A stretch of DNA of 64,000 nt from Felis catus (GCF_018350175.1 NC_058373.1:108998001-109062000); one strand, 5' to 3'; shown: positions 1 through 13,995, counted from the first letter of the stretch. Made by a program: numbers and translations. The notes: generated by a model from the letters alone, not told the origin.

Positions 1-524
1 TATTCAGAGATTCAACCTATGCTGAAATATTCCAAATGACTCAGGGGTTGGTCCACAATATCACATAGAACACAGGAGTCATGTAGAACAAGGGCTCAGA
101 AAAAGCCATTCTGTTTGACAGTTGGGGGATGAAGAGGCATAATTCTGGCAGAGAGAGAGGAATGTAGACTACAGGCCTTGAGAGAGAGAGAGAGAGACAT
201 GATTTTTTTAAAGTAGAAATTGCTTTTCTGCAAGTTGGCATGAAGGGAGACATGCAGGCTGATATTTGGCAGGGTTTAGTTGCCTTACTGTAAGGTGTAG
301 TGAACAAATAGATGTGTGTATGTTTGTTTAACTGAGGTCTTTTTCCCCCTTCAAGATAGAGACAGCTGAGCAGGCTTGGAGTTAGAAAAGAGTTAATAGA
401 AAGCAAACTGAAGGCAGATAGAAAAAAGGAGACAGAAGGTGGAAGCAGAAACACAGGGAGATAGAAGGTGTCCTGGGAGGAGAATAATGACGATGAAGAC
501 AGAATAACACAGCTGGGAGAATTT

Positions 525-665
525 GGTATCCAGAACTAGGCTGTGTGACTTTAAATCCCAGGTCCATCATTTATGAGATGTGTGACCTTGGAGATTTTTT
601 TTTAAATCTCTTGACCTTTGTTTTCTTATCTGCAGAATGGGGATCATGATGATTTCCATCCTTGA
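525..665 (+). mobile_element. MIR SINE fragment
   Basis: Core-like tttaaatcccaggtc...tgtgtgaccttgg...tgttttcttatctgcagaatggggat. Confidence 0.7.
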
Positions 666-1354
666 AGGTTGCCAAGCTGTGAAGCACAGGACCTGTGCTA
701 ACTAGATGTAGCTATAGAACAGTACGGAGGGTACAGTAGGACACTGAAGGCACACATTCCTTATGTGTGATGGCTTCTGCAGTGGCTGGGAGAGTCTTTT
801 GCAGTCCAGGTGCAGTGGTTGACAGAAGATGTGGGCCTGGCCCAGCAGACACAATTGAAAGGAGAGGAGAGGAGAAGATCAAAAGGCTTAATCAAACCAC
901 AGACTCAGACTGAACCCCTAATCAGCAGCTCTCTTAATGAGTAATGTGGATCTGGGTGAATGCAGAAGAGAAATGTAGTGGCTAATTTGCCTGAAGCCTT
1001 GGCAAGCAAGAGAGATGACAGGTAGGGAGCCATAGAAAGTGTGGGAATTGGGTCACCATGGCCATCATCTTAGCAGGAGAGCAAGGAGTAATGTTGCATG
1101 AATCTGTGGTCTAGGTGATGTCCAGATGGCCAACACATTTGTTCTCCTTGGGGGTTGGGCTTTGTGCTATAATCCCAACCTTTAAAATAGCATCTTTCCC
1201 ATGTAAATGCCCAATAAATATCCATTGAGTAAACAGAAGAATTGAAGAATAAATGAGGGAGCTTGTAGCCTTTTTTTTTTGATGTGAAGTCTTCTTTCAA
1301 ACCTTTTAAATCTGTATAGCAATTAAATTTTACTTTTTATGGCCATTTACAAAT

Positions 1355-1590
1355 TGTGTTGGTCAATTTTATATATCAACTCAACTGTGCAGGTATTTGG
1401 TCAAAAATTATTCTAGGTGTCTGCGAGGATGTTTTTGGATGAGATTAGCACTTGAATTGGTAGACTGAGTGAACTGGATTGCCCTCATTAATGCGAGTGA
1501 CCCTCTTCTACTCAATTGAAGGCCTGAATAGAACAAACAGGCTGACCCTCCTGTGAGCAAAAAGGAACTAACTCCTCCTGCCTGACCAGT
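1355..1590 (+). mobile_element. MLT2-like (ERVL) LTR fragment
   Basis: ggtatttggtcaaaaattattctaggtgtctgcgaggatgtttttggatgagattagc...ttgaaggcctgaatagaacaaa resembles the MLT2 5' half. Confidence 0.75.
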
Positions 1591-1625
1591 TGGGCAAGGG
1601 AAGCATGGTATAAAGTAAGGAAAGA

Positions 1626-1853
1626 GGGGCGCCTGGGTGGCTCAGTTGGTTAAGCATCTGACTTCGGCTCAGGTCATGATCTCGCGGTTCATGAGTTCGA
1701 GCCCCGTGTCGGGCTCTGTGCTGACAGCTCAGAGCCTGGAGCCTGTTTCAGATTCTGTGTCTCCCTCTCTCTCTGACCCTCCCCCATTCATGCTCTGTCT
1801 CTGTCTCAAAAATAAATAAACGTTAAAAAAAAATTTAAAAAAATAAATAAAAT
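1626..1853 (+). mobile_element. Full-length CanSINE (SINEC_Fc type) with TSD
   Basis: ggggcgcctgggtggctcag head, A/B boxes, (CT)n, aataaa and A tail. TSD aaagtaaggaaaga at 1612-1625 and 1854-1867. Confidence 0.97.
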
Positions 1854-2014
1854 AAAGTAAGGAAAGAGATGTAGGCAAGTGCCAGACGTTCAGGGCCATG
1901 AAAGGCCATGATACAGTGGGTTTTATTCTCAGCATAATTAGGAGGACACAGGAGAGGAATTATCTGGACTGTTTCTGAAAGAACTTTCTATGGCCATGAC
2001 ACTTGAATTGCTGC

Positions 2015-2120
2015 TTGACATGCATTATTTCAGTCAGTCTTCATGTTCATCCTATGGAGCAGTGATTAATACTTTCCCCACTTCACAGATGAGGAAAATG
2101 AAACTCAGAAAGTGAATGCA
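2015..2120 (-). mobile_element. MIR fragment
   Basis: ccccacttcacagatgaggaaaatgaaactcagaaag is the reverse MIR core. Confidence 0.6.
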
Positions 2121-5100
2121 CAACTACTATCTACAAAGTAACAATTGTTATACATCAGTGTAAACAGTGGGTGTTTCTATGGTCTACTGTTGGTGCAATG
2201 ATTGTGATTAAGTCAAGTCCAAACATGATCAAAGTACTTTTCTGAACCATTACATTGAATGAAGTTTTATGGATTTGCTTTACAGAGTTTCTTATACTCT
2301 CATTTAAGATTATTTTCTGGTTCTCCTTTCAAGAATTATTTGAAAAGTGAATTTTGACTAAGAATTTGAGTTAATACTATTACTGAATCAATGCTGGCTG
2401 TGAAGGTCATGGTAAACATATCCAACTTCTATATTGTTTCTGTAAGGCTTTTTGTATGTGTGTGTATATAATGGAGCATAAAATAGCTTACATATTATCT
2501 TAGGTTACAGCAGATACTTAATTACTGCAGTCAAACAATGCCCTTAATCTGATGTGTTTTTCATACTTATTTATGTCAGTAGGCAATAAAAATACAATAT
2601 GCCCTACAATTAGTTACAATACAAGGAATGTTTGTGATAGCATTTATAATTTGATGACTTTAATAATGATTTGGTCTTTTTTGTTCCAGTGTAGTGAATC
2701 TGTTACAGATCTTATTCCTGTTGATACTTTACTGTTCAAAGCTTACAGTATTCTCACTATTGGAGTGGTAAAAAGCATTTGGGGGGAAAATCAGCAAATT
2801 GGCAAGTAAAATCTCACCAGTGGGATTAAGTTATAAGATTTACTACCTGCAACCTCTTTAGCTCAGATATTTTAATTATTCAGTGGATAATTATAATTCC
2901 TTTCTCATGATATTCTTACACTTTTGCTGTTGTGATCTGCTTCACTTTCATTTCTTAACTAAACTAGTTTTCTGTGGGCTCAACTTAGACACTTTTCCAT
3001 CTCAAAATAAAACCAATTTTGAAATTTGACAAGCAAGACAACGGAAACTTGAAATATAATGAAATAATCCACCAGTGATTTCTCAGAAGTAGAATGACTA
3101 TTTGTGTGGACAACATTTCTCTCTGAGTCCTGAATCATTGAGCTTGGCCAGATCCCAATTTTTTCTTTCAGAAAAAAAAAGGAAGAAAGGAAAAACTTGG
3201 GATGACTAGCTAAGCAAAACACGGGCTGTTTAAAGATTAAAGAAGCACAAAGGATATTTCAGGAAGGGCAGTCAGCTGGAAGTGTGGAGTCCTAAACTAT
3301 CAGCTTGTTGGATCAGAAAGCTGTAGCAATTTAAACTTCACAAGATAAAATAAAATTAAAGCAGTCTTCCTCTGCATGTGCGGGTGCGTGTGCGTGTGTG
3401 TGTGTGTGTATACACACTCATTGTGCCTTTTACCCTTATTTTAAAGAAATTTTTCAAGATGTTTATGTTTGATCAGATACCTTCCACACCCACAGTGGCT
3501 CAGTGAGAAAAAGAAAAAAACCACTAAGCATATTAAAATGTATAACGATTTACTCCTACTGATTTTATTAGCTGAGCATCTCATGTGTATGTTTGCTCCT
3601 CATTCAGCTCAATAGATTTCTTTTTTCAAGCCTGCATTTTACCTCTACCTCAAGTGGGGCAGAATGCCTCTGAGGTGAAGACAGCTGAACTCCTCAGACT
3701 CCCAGGTCACCCCAGTGAAGGAATGCTTTTATTTCTTGCACAAGCTTTAAAAAAATCTGCTTATTAAGCCTAAGAGATCAGAATATTGTCCTTAAAAAGC
3801 CCTGAAATAGGACACCCTACATCACATTTGCTCTCCTGATCTCCCTTGGAGAAAAAAAAAAAAAGAACACATCAAATGCCTTTTTTTTCCCCAAATCAAG
3901 CAGAGTAGGGTTAAGGAAAAAATAGTGACTGCTATTCTGACCAGAACTTGGAGACTTTCTTTGACTACCTTATTCTGCCCATATTGTAGCTACTGTAGAA
4001 ATTAAAACATCTATATATTTGGGATCAGTTTTAGAGGAAAGAAGTGTCTACTTACAGTTTCTTTGCCACTAAACATTAAGATATAAGAAGTCCCATAGCT
4101 TAAAGTATCAAATAATGGTACAAAAACATTATAAACTGAGTCAAAACAGTTGCTCTAACTAGATCAGAGAAGTTTACTTTGAAAGATCAGATCAATAAAT
4201 ATATTGCTTATTTTCAAGGTAGTATTAAGAGTTACAACCATCATTTCCCTATTTTCCTTACACACTGGACATTTGCCCCCCTGATTACTAACAGCCCTTT
4301 TTAAAACCATTTAATGCATTGATAGATTGTTAACATATATTGTATGTTTGCAAATTACTTAATGCGTTGTTGCAGGGCCTTGATATTACCTGTGCCTAGC
4401 ACCTGTTAATAGTTTCTTTGAAGGCTAATGGAGCAAAAAGATGGAATTCAATTACATAGAAATATAATGAAGAGAGAATAAAGGAAAAAATGTATTTATT
4501 GGAATAACATCTGATGGTCTTATCATTTTGACATGTATTTTAGGGGTTTTCTAATTGTTAGATTCTCAGTCATTGTATTTAGTTACACAATCTTTACCTA
4601 TTCTTGGCCCCCAAAATCTTTTACTTGTGACTTCAAATATAGCTTAGAACTGTAGTCCTGCTATTCATGTTGCAATCTAATCAGGACCCACATTGGATGA
4701 CCAAGCAAAAATCCTGAAGGCAATGAGAAGGGACACAAAGACCCATGAGTACCAAATTGCCTTGGGCTCCGCTCCGGGAATGGCCAGCAAAGCTTTGCAC
4801 AATTCGTTGCTCCATTAATGAATCTTGATGGATTTCTGGCATGGAAAATAAGGATTCCTATTCTAGAAGTATTTATTGTCCACTAGTAACTTGTTCTGTT
4901 TCTCTATGATAAATGTCTCACTTTGAAAGGAAGCTACCTATGCAGCTTCCAAAATCTTCTGTTCGTCAATATATTTGCTAGCAAAACTCTTGTTGATTGA
5001 GAAAGTGCAAATATTAAGACTGAACAATTCAAATTTTTTTAATGAATCAATAAACTTAGAGACTTTCTTATGAATATGAAGCATCTCACATGGAAATGAG

Positions 5101-5164
5101 AGCTTCTATTTAGGTGGGCCTTAAACTTTTTGAAGCAATTTACATTTTATTCAACTTGATTCTT

Positions 5165-5570
5165 ACATCAGTCAAGACAAGATAGCTTTTGTTGTAATGA
5201 CAGACCACTCTAGAATATCATTGACTGAAAACAACAAAGGCATATTTGTTGCTCATGCTACTTGTTTATCATGGGTCATCTGGAGGGGGAGTCTTGCTCT
5301 ATATCATTCACACTCAGGATCCTAGGCTAAGGGAGCTCTATCTCTGTGCCTTCCTGACTGCAAAAATGGAGAAAAGGGGTCATGGTGAATGATGTACTGA
5401 CTCTTAAAGTATCTGCTAGAAAGTGACTTGTGATACTTCTGCTCAGAAGATATGGACCAAAGCAAGTCATGTGATCCCTCCTAACTTCAAGACAAGGGAA
5501 GAAGTTGAATCTGGCTCTGTGTCTAGAAAGAACAACTTGAATGCTTGGAAGAAACCAATGGCTACCCTAC
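5165..5570. mobile_element. MLT1-type (MaLR) LTR, old
   Basis: tcagtcaagacaagatagc...aaaacaacaaagg...tgctcatgctac...ggaccaaagcaagtcatgtga resembles the MLT1J/K/L group. Confidence 0.65.
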
Positions 5571-6439
5571 CCCTCTTCACAGCCTTATGGGAAAATATGC
5601 CCAGTAAGGCAAGATATGGAGGCCAGGCCCATTTTCTAAAGATGAAATTTAAAGAAAGAATGGGTAGTTACCTACATGTGGCAACTCTCTTTATTTTTGT
5701 TCATAACTGTCTTACCCTCATCATACCACAATGCCTGTAATTTTCATTCTTCCCTTCTTTAGACTAATCAATGCCTTGCTTAAAAGGACACTAACTTTCT
5801 ACCATCAAGAGATGATGGGAGGGCGCTCTTCAAGATGGACATGAAAAACATTCATGACGTGAGGACCAAACAATTAAGTAGCGTACCTCCAGGCTGACTG
5901 TGCTAGCAGAGGTTTCTGGATTGCAGGGTGGGATGTGGTCACATCGGGGGGATAGGGATTCAGAGGCTCTTTTTACTGAAAGGCAGGACAATCTGCATAT
6001 ATTTCCTGGCATAGAACCTCTGGAGACATTTTTACAAATAATACACTGTGAGGGAGCTAAGTTACACATCCATCCCTTAAGTTATAATATTTCTTAGAAT
6101 TGTTTAATTTAAAAAGCAAAGTAAGAATTAGATGATGCATTTAAACTGTGAATTTTACGAAAATACAATGAGAAACTGAGAATTTCCTTGAAATTGCTAT
6201 GCTAAGTCCAGCCAAGCAATTGACCATTCTAGTGAAGGTCAATTTGGAGTCCTGAAATTCAGAACTATAACCAATAAAGAAGAACTGAGTGATGAGATTT
6301 GAAGACACACGTCTCCTAAGCACACTTAGAGAGAAGTGGAGATTGATACCAAAATCATGCTGTATAGTATTTGCTTTATACATGAATGTGCTTTCTTATA
6401 TTAACAGGGTGCTTTTGTGTCTTTGATCTTGAAACTTTT

Positions 6440-6658
6440 ATGTTTTTTATTTTTTTTTAATTTTTTAAAAGTTTATTTATATTTGAGAGAAATAAAGACA
6501 GAGTGCAAGCTGGGGAGGGAGAGAAAGGGGGGGGGACACAGAATCTGAAGCAGGCTCCAGGCTCCACAGAACCGGATGCGAGGCTCAAACTCAGGAGCTG
6601 TGAGATTATGATCTGAGCTGAAGTCTGATGCTTCACTAACTGAGCCACCCAAGCACCC
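6440..6658 (-). mobile_element. CanSINE
   Basis: T tail, gtttatttat, (AG)n, gctgaagtc...tgagccacccaagcaccc. Confidence 0.95.
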
Positions 6659-6758
6659 AATCGTGAAACATTTTTTAATAGACTTCAAGAAGTCTCATAT
6701 CTGATCTTTTTCTGCCAGTGTTCTAATAAAATACTAGCATATTATCAATCCATAGTTT

Positions 6759-6963
6759 CTTTTATTTTTAAGTTCATTTATTTACTTAGAGAGAGAAAGA
6801 GAGAACGAGCAGGGGAGAGGCAGAGAGAGAGGGGCACAGCGGATCTAAAGTAGGCTCTGGGCTGACAGCAGAGAGCCTAATGTGGGGCTTGAACTCACCA
6901 ACTGCAAGATCATGACCTGAGCCAAAGTTGGATGCTTAATGGACTGAGCCACCCAGGCACCTC
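6759..6963 (-). mobile_element. CanSINE with TSD
   Basis: Reverse SINE ending gagccacccaggcacc; TSD tcaatccatagttt at 6745-6758 and 6964-6977. Confidence 0.95.
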
Positions 6964-7011
6964 TCAATCCATAGTTTATATTCATTCGGTTAAAAACTCA
7001 AAAGTTCCAGA

Positions 7012-7240
7012 ACTCCTGGGTGGCTCAGTGGATTAAGTGTCCGACTTCCAACTTTGGTTCAGGTCATGATCTCACAGTTCATGGGTTCAAATCCCACATC
7101 TGGCTCTGTGTTGACAGCTCAGAGCCTGGAGACTGCTTCAGATTCGTGTGTGTGTGTCTCTCTCTCTGCCCCTTCCCTGCTTGCGTTCTCTTTCTCTCTC
7201 TCTCTCTCAAAAATAAGTGAACAATAAATAAATAAATACA
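7012..7240 (+). mobile_element. CanSINE
   Basis: cctgggtggctcag...tcaggtcatgatctc...(CT)n, aataaa tail; degenerate TSD ctcaaaag(t/c)tcca. Confidence 0.95.
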
Positions 7241-7841
7241 AGGCTCAAAAGCTCCAATGGCAAGATACAAGTGGCTTTAAGAAAGTTATCTATTATGGTG
7301 ATAATTTTCTTTGCCTATACTAAGAAGTGCTAAAATATATCATAATTTTTATAATTGAAAACTTTGTTCAAGCTTTTCATGAATAGCTGGCTTTGGGCTG
7401 ATTTTTAAATTTAGGATATTTCAAATGATTGGAATTTTAAATTGCTAGAAACTTTAAAAAGTTATAATGAAGTTTTATACTAATGGCAGTATTTGCTTCT
7501 AAAAGATATGATAACAAAATGAGTGTCTTAGTCATTAAGCTTTTATCGTGATTTCTAGTTTCTAAATTTGCAAAGCCTTTCATGATAAAGTTTGAAAAGA
7601 AATTGCCTAACATTATTGCTTTGCTATTTAAGCTGTATTTTTATTATAAAAAAAAACCTATTTACTATCTTGTAAAGTATTTCATAAAAGAATATATTAA
7701 AAAGATCCACTGCTGAAATATGCTTGTCCCTTTTTACAAAAGTGATAGCTTTATTCCAAATTTCTGGATAAAAATCAAAGACACTTTACTTCGTTTACCC
7801 TTTTGACATACTGCCCATTGAAGTCAAAGTCCACCAGGATT

Positions 7842-8066
7842 GGGGGTACCTGGGTGGCTCAGTTGGTTAAGTGTCTGCCTCTTGACTACAGCTCAGGTCA
7901 TGATCTCACGGTTCGTGGATTTGAGCCCCATGTCTGTATGAGCCCCCACTGCCAGTGCAGAGCCTGCTTGGGATTCTCTCTCTCTCCCTGTCTCTCTGCC
8001 CCTCCCTGGCTTGCATGCTCTGTCTCTCTGTCTCTCTCTGTCTCTCAAATAAATATATGAAAAAAA
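7842..8066 (+). mobile_element. CanSINE with TSD, apparently inserted into a MIR
   Basis: TSD aaagt(c/g)caccaggatt at 7826-7841 and 8067-8082; MIR-like ctggctttgctacttactagc follows. Confidence 0.95.
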
Positions 8067-8154
8067 AAAGTGCACCAGGATTTAACTTCTGGCTTTGCTA
8101 CTTACTAGCCATTAGAACTAAGCCTAGCCATTTGCCAGCTCAACTTTAACATGC

Positions 8155-8188
<34 letters not shown>
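8155..8188. repeat. (AAT)n microsatellite
   Basis: About 11 perfect units. Confidence 0.95.
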
Positions 8189-8190
<2 letters not shown>

Positions 8191-8510
8191 CCATCTTCCC
8201 TGCCTTATCTAGATTTTGTGTCATGAAGATTAAACAAGGTGAAAATCATAAAAAAAACCTGACAATTCCGAAGTATTATGGAAGCTTAACCTATTAATAT
8301 CACTATTTAATTATTAGATGTTTCCTTCTCCTTTTATTCACTTTAAATATAATGAGAATTATAAATATTACAAAAATATTTACTTTTGTGGCAGCTGGAA
8401 AGCCTTGCAGGTTACAAGTGTCTTACATTCTATGGAGATTATTTGCTATCTCATTTCTACTATGAGTTCTCACTAAGTTTATAAGACCCAGTTTGTAAAC
8501 ACATAGTTTA

Positions 8511-8764
8511 GAAATACAGAGAATAAACCTAGGGTTGATGGGGGGGAGGGCGGGGGAGAGGGGAAAATGGGTGATGGACAGTGAGGAGGGCATTTGTTGG
8601 GATGAGCACTGGGTGTTGTATGTAAGTGATGTATCATGGGAATCTACCCCCAAAACCAAGAGCACACTGTATACACTGTATGTTATCCAACTTGATAATA
8701 ATTTCTATTTAAAAATTAATTAATTAATAATAAATAAAACTAGAGTTGGGTCTCTAAAAAAAAA
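8511..8764 (+). mobile_element. 5'-truncated carnivore/felid L1 3' UTR
   Basis: acagagaataaacctagggttgatgggggg...gatgagcactgggtgttgtatgtaagtgat...cacactgtatacactgtatgtta followed by an A-rich tail. Confidence 0.9.
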
Positions 8765-10569
8765 TAGTTTCCTGTGTTACAGGAAAACAATATCTAATTT
8801 CTTATTTCATAGGCAATTTAGTACTTAATCTCTCCTCTATTTGAGAATAAAATTTCTTTCTTTTTTTTTTTTTTGAATTTTATAAGCAGTGTTAAAATTT
8901 GTTTCTTTATATGGACCTGGAGAAATAGTGAGACAAGCTGGCAGAGGATGTAGAAGGTGTATTTAAATTAAAATGAGGACAGACAAGTGACTGGTAGGGT
9001 GGATTCACTTCACTTTTCACCAGGATATCCACGTGTGGTTGAGTTCTTCCCAGACTCTTCAGAAAAAAAAAATCTAATTCTGGAAGGAGATGTCACTGAA
9101 TCCAAATAGATACATAGATATGAAAATTTTTCTTAGAGATCAAAACAGTAAGTTTAATATAAACAAAGAATTTGTTTGAAGATAGATTTTTAAAAATCCA
9201 AATCTCAAAAATATATAAAGTGCTAAATGAATGATAGGGAGATCTATTTAAATTCAAAAGATAGTAGACTTTCTTCATAAACCTTGTTATTGGATTAATA
9301 GCCTCTGCCACTTAACACGAAATGTCCCCTGGATAAGGACAGGGTCCTACCAAATGTGGGCTCCTTCTTTCTTTCTTTTTCTATAAAATAACTAAAGTTT
9401 CTCTTGCCTTTTTCTCCTATAGTTTCTTGCCTGTGGGCAATGTTTTCTACTTCACTAAAACAACAAAACAATCATGATGTTCTTTATCTGTGGTGCAATG
9501 AAATCAAATTAAGGGCCTTTGGTTTCTAGTATCACCAAGAGTGTTATGCTTCACATTTCGAAGGAAAAACAGGCTACAATTTACAAACACCCTTTCTGCA
9601 TTTCCTGAGAATCTTACTTGGACATTCCAATAATAAGGCAGTCACCACATGGGTACTTATAGCAAATAACTAAAAGATGGAAAATAGAAGCTGTGTTTTC
9701 CCTAATGCATGGGGACTATAAAAGAACAAAACTCTTCATGGACAGGACTTTCAGAGAAAACAGTTTTAAGACTTATAGAAAGATGAGGCTTATTCTCACA
9801 CTGAAACTATGAATATATTTAGTATCAAGCAGGCTTAAAAGCAGAGTCAGCCTCCCCTCCTACATACTCAGGGACAGCTGTAGTCAATTTCCTCCACATT
9901 CTTCTTCCTCAGTGTTTCCAGTGGAAACTTTCTCTCCCCGGCATCCCCTGCTGCCATCTCCAGTTTACATCTCTAGATATCCAAGGTCAGACCTTTCCTG
10001 CTTCTGTCTTTATTCATGCTGTTTCCTCCATACAGAACTCCTCCTGCCATGTCTGGTCAGATCCTACCTAATTTCCTTTAAGATATGCTTAAAAAGCATG
10101 CTGGCCTGCTGTATCATTAACATATGCACACCATGCACCCCCTCACTCAGACAGTAGATATCTCTCTGTTTTTCTGGGCTAATGACTTTTTTGGAGCATT
10201 CAGTACAGCGCACTGGTACTGACTTCACTGGTATGAAATCATGTACCTCCCACTAGTCAGCCTTTTCCACTCTCTATTCCTGAACTAGAGACTATTTCTT
10301 TCATAGATTTCTCACCACCACCACCATCATGTTACCATTACCTGAAACCTGAATTGAGATTCCCACCATTATTTTAGCAAATATGTATTAGAGTGTATTA
10401 GCTGCAAAATCTAATTTGGTTAACTCTCTTGGAAGAGACAGTCAACCAAGTGTTTTGCACAGAGGGGGTTCTGTTAAATGCTTTAGTGTCATTCAATAAT
10501 GAAGAATTATTTGGGGAATTTTCTCCAGCCCTCCCATAATAATTACAGAATAGCTTGTCCGCGGCTCTT

Positions 10570-10790
10570 ATTTCGTTGCTGATTTGGCTATGGGGATAAA
10601 ATCCAGGAGAGATGTTTTAAGGGAAGAGTAGAGTTTGAGGAATGGGATGGCCAAATTCTGAGTTGGATCACAGGAAGCGGAAGGTGTTAGGAGAAAGCAG
10701 TGAAAGAACAAGTTCCCCAGATGATGGATTGTATGGGAAAGGGTAAGGGAGTGAGATGCTGTCAAATGAATTGGGAAGGGAGGGGAGTTG
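10570..10790 (-). mobile_element. L2 fragment (degraded)
   Basis: Purine-rich gggaagagtagagtttgagg...gagatgctgtcaaatg, typical of reverse L2 body. Confidence 0.45.
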
Positions 10791-10964
10791 GGGAAGAATA
10801 GAGAAGTCTCTGCATATAATATAATTCTGTATTTCTTCACATTTGACTAGAATTAACTCTGGTCCTAATGAGGAGGTTTAAGAGGACAGAGACATCATGA
10901 ATGATCGATACTCAGAGAGTTTTCATCGATCTCCTAGGACACATCATGGACACATGTACAGACT

Positions 10965-11081
10965 ATGTCCACAGAGGTTCTAATTCAAGTGTGAAGGGTG
11001 GGGCCAAGAAGTCTGCACTTTTAATAAGTGTCCCAACCGACTCATACATGTGGTCTAAGCGCCATCCTTTGGGAAACACTG
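10965..11081. mobile_element. MER5A-like hAT DNA transposon fragment
   Basis: cagaggttctaattca...gggtggggccaagaagtctgcacttttaataag...ctttgggaaacactg terminus. Confidence 0.7.
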
Positions 11082-12804
11082 GGAGAAACCATAAGGTTCA
11101 CTGTCCAAATATGGCAAAGATGCCAACATCACCTAGTTAATTTGCAGATTGGCCTGTCCATGAATCTGGTGTTTGAGTAGGAGGAGAATATCTGGCTAGC
11201 TACCTGCACAGATTGCTCACTATTCTTGTAGATACCAGAGGTCCAATTTAAGAGAGAGGAAAGAAGTATTATTTTGACATACTGAAGTCGCAAGGCCCCA
11301 CATCTGTTCCATTTAGTACTACATGTTTTCAGCTGAACAAGATGCAGTTTTTCTTTCATGTATTTTAAGTTGCTTAAAGTCCAACATCATGCATAGTTGT
11401 CAGTAAGTAGCAAAGCCTCTATAGATGTCCCAATGATAATTCATAAAACTTCTTACAAGAGCCAAACATGCAAATACAAACACAATTCTTTAGCTTTTCA
11501 ACTTTCAAACTATATCCAAAGAGCACAATTAAGTCTCTGTATAGTAATTTTCTCATGAAAAATGGCCAGTAAATGTTTCCCATAGATCATTTATTTTAGT
11601 ATATTGATTTTTTTTCCTCCTAAAAAGCTGCATTGAAACAACAGCCATTAAGGCTTATAGAGCTTTGCAACATCTGGTTATGATTGCAGACAATTGCTCC
11701 ATTCCTTATTCTTGAGGCTGCGTAAAATACCACTGAGTACACCTTCATTAGCCGCCTACTATTCCCCTTTCAGATGGCACCTGGGGAAAGGCATGCAAAA
11801 GAGATAAAGAAATATCTGAAGGCAAAGCAATAGTTATTGTCCATAAATTACTTATGTCATTTGCCCACAGAGTCTGCTCCCTGGTGTTGTGTTAGAAGAA
11901 CATTTTGCTTCTGTATTCATTACTTAGGATAGCTGTGCCCAATGTATTTAGTGATTTAAATACAACCATTTTTAAATTAGAGGCACACTAGCATATAGTT
12001 TTCCACTTAAACAATTCTGCATAAGTAAAATTCATCCATAGTTATTAGTCAGTTTTGTTAGTAGAAATAAGCAGGAACTGCTAAAGAATTTTGAAGCTAA
12101 AGGATTTTTACAAAAAAAGATTGAAGTAACTCAGGAAACTCCTCAGGAGGCTAGAGCATGAGGCTTGGAAAATGAGCAGGAACAAGGAAATATCGGGTAG
12201 GTCCCAGGAACTGTTACATGAAGATATTGCTTCTCTGCCCGGGAGAGGAAACAGACATGGCTACTACTACCAAACTGGGAAATGGGCACAGCCATGGCAC
12301 AAGTGGATGCATCCCACTGTCTCTGATTTTTGTGTCACTCCAAATTTGAAGCACCAGGAGGACTTGTATCTTGTTGGCCAAGTCTGGATGTCATTCATGA
12401 GAGAAGCCTGAATCTGAATTAGTTGGGCTTCCTGGAGCTTTAGTAGGATTCAGGGCCTGCCTTCCACCAAGATATATATTAGAAACATAGGAGGGGATTC
12501 AGATGGCGGGTAGTCAAAAAAACTCTTGTGTCCTCTACATTTAGTGGTAAGACTCAACATGGAGTTTGAGTTGCGTTTCCTTCAGAGGCTTTTGGCTCAA
12601 AATGGCTAATGTTTAACATGGGCTATCCCACATCTGAAAAAGTAAAATTAATTAATACCGAGTCCATATTTTGAGGAAGGTAAACTGGTAGAGATTCTTC
12701 AGAAGATCAGATGTTCATGCCCAGAAAGACAGTTTATAAATATATAAATATATAATTGAATAACATTAAATAAAAATGAATATTGCCATCATTCTTCCAT
12801 CCAA

Positions 12805-13995
12805 ACTGTCAATAAGCATTTTTTTTTAATGTTTTATCTAGACCAGGCACTTTGATAGGTCCTGGGAACTCAGAAGTCAATATAACTCTGTTCTTGTCCT
12901 CAGTGAACTTATAATAGAAGAAGATGTATGTGTAAACAGACAATGCAATAGTGTAGATTGGATGCTTCGTGAATTCATGTACACAGCACAGTGAAGGTAC
13001 AAATAAGCGAGGGTTGAAATCTACCCAAGCATAAAGATAGACTTCAGGTAAAAAACAAAAAATAAATTAAACAAGTCTAAGAAAATGAATATATGTTCTC
13101 CTGGGAAAGTAGAACGGATGCCCAAGGAAAAGAAAAGTGGAAGTAGTTGCGTGTTATTTGGAAATGGGTGAAAGTTGTGTATGTGGGTGGGTATGGGAGG
13201 TGAGAGCAGGGAGCAATGGAATCATGAAATAAGACTGAGAAATAGAGTCAGAATACAGAGCCTTCCCAAATAGGGAATTTGAATTTATCATGTGTGTAAT
13301 AAAGAACCATTGAGGGGTTTTAATCAGAAGAATGTATTATTTTGCTTTTGTGCTTTATGTTTTATGGAATATTTTATAAAGGTTGTTCTGCTGTGAACAA
13401 TGCATTGGAGAATGCAAAGTGAGACGAGAAGATCTGATAGAGTTTGGTAATAGCCCAGGGAAAAGAAGAAGAGAGCCAAAGCTAGTGAAATTGAATTATT
13501 AATGGAAAATGGGAGGATTTGAGAAATGAAAAAGAATAAAGAATTGGCAGGGCTTTACCACTAACTGCACGTAGGGAGTGAGGGGTAGGGAGGAGGAGGA
13601 TGCTGGGCTAACAGCCAGGCTTTGACAACAGGTGCAGGGTGCCAGTGGAAAAAGAGTAGAAGATTTGGTGGAGAAAGAATGGGCATCCAATAAATTGTGT
13701 ACAGATTTGTAGTACAAGAGAGTTATTTTAGTTAGAAGGATCCCTGTTAATCACCAGGATAGAGTATATGAGATCACTCTGGGAGAATATGTACATTAAA
13801 GACAGAAGAAGACGAAATAAAGAACAGAGAAGCCACACCACATCAACATTTGAAGAGTTGACAGAAAAAGAGGAATCTGCAGTAAGAACAGAAGAGGATT
13901 GATCAGAGAGGTTAGAGGAACCAGGGGAAAATGGTAACACAGAACAGTAGGGTAGAGAGAAATTGAAGAAAAATGGCATGGTCAATACAATATTA
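12805..13995 (-). mobile_element. L2 3' region, fragmented
   Basis: aataagcatt...ccaggcactttgataggtcctggg...ttgtcctcagtgaacttat (L2 3' end) followed by purine-rich L2 body (gagaggttagaggaaccaggg). Confidence 0.65.

Noticed and set aside
1626..1710. tRNA-like A/B box sequences
   Set aside because: These are SINE heads followed by (CT)n and A tails, not tRNA genes.
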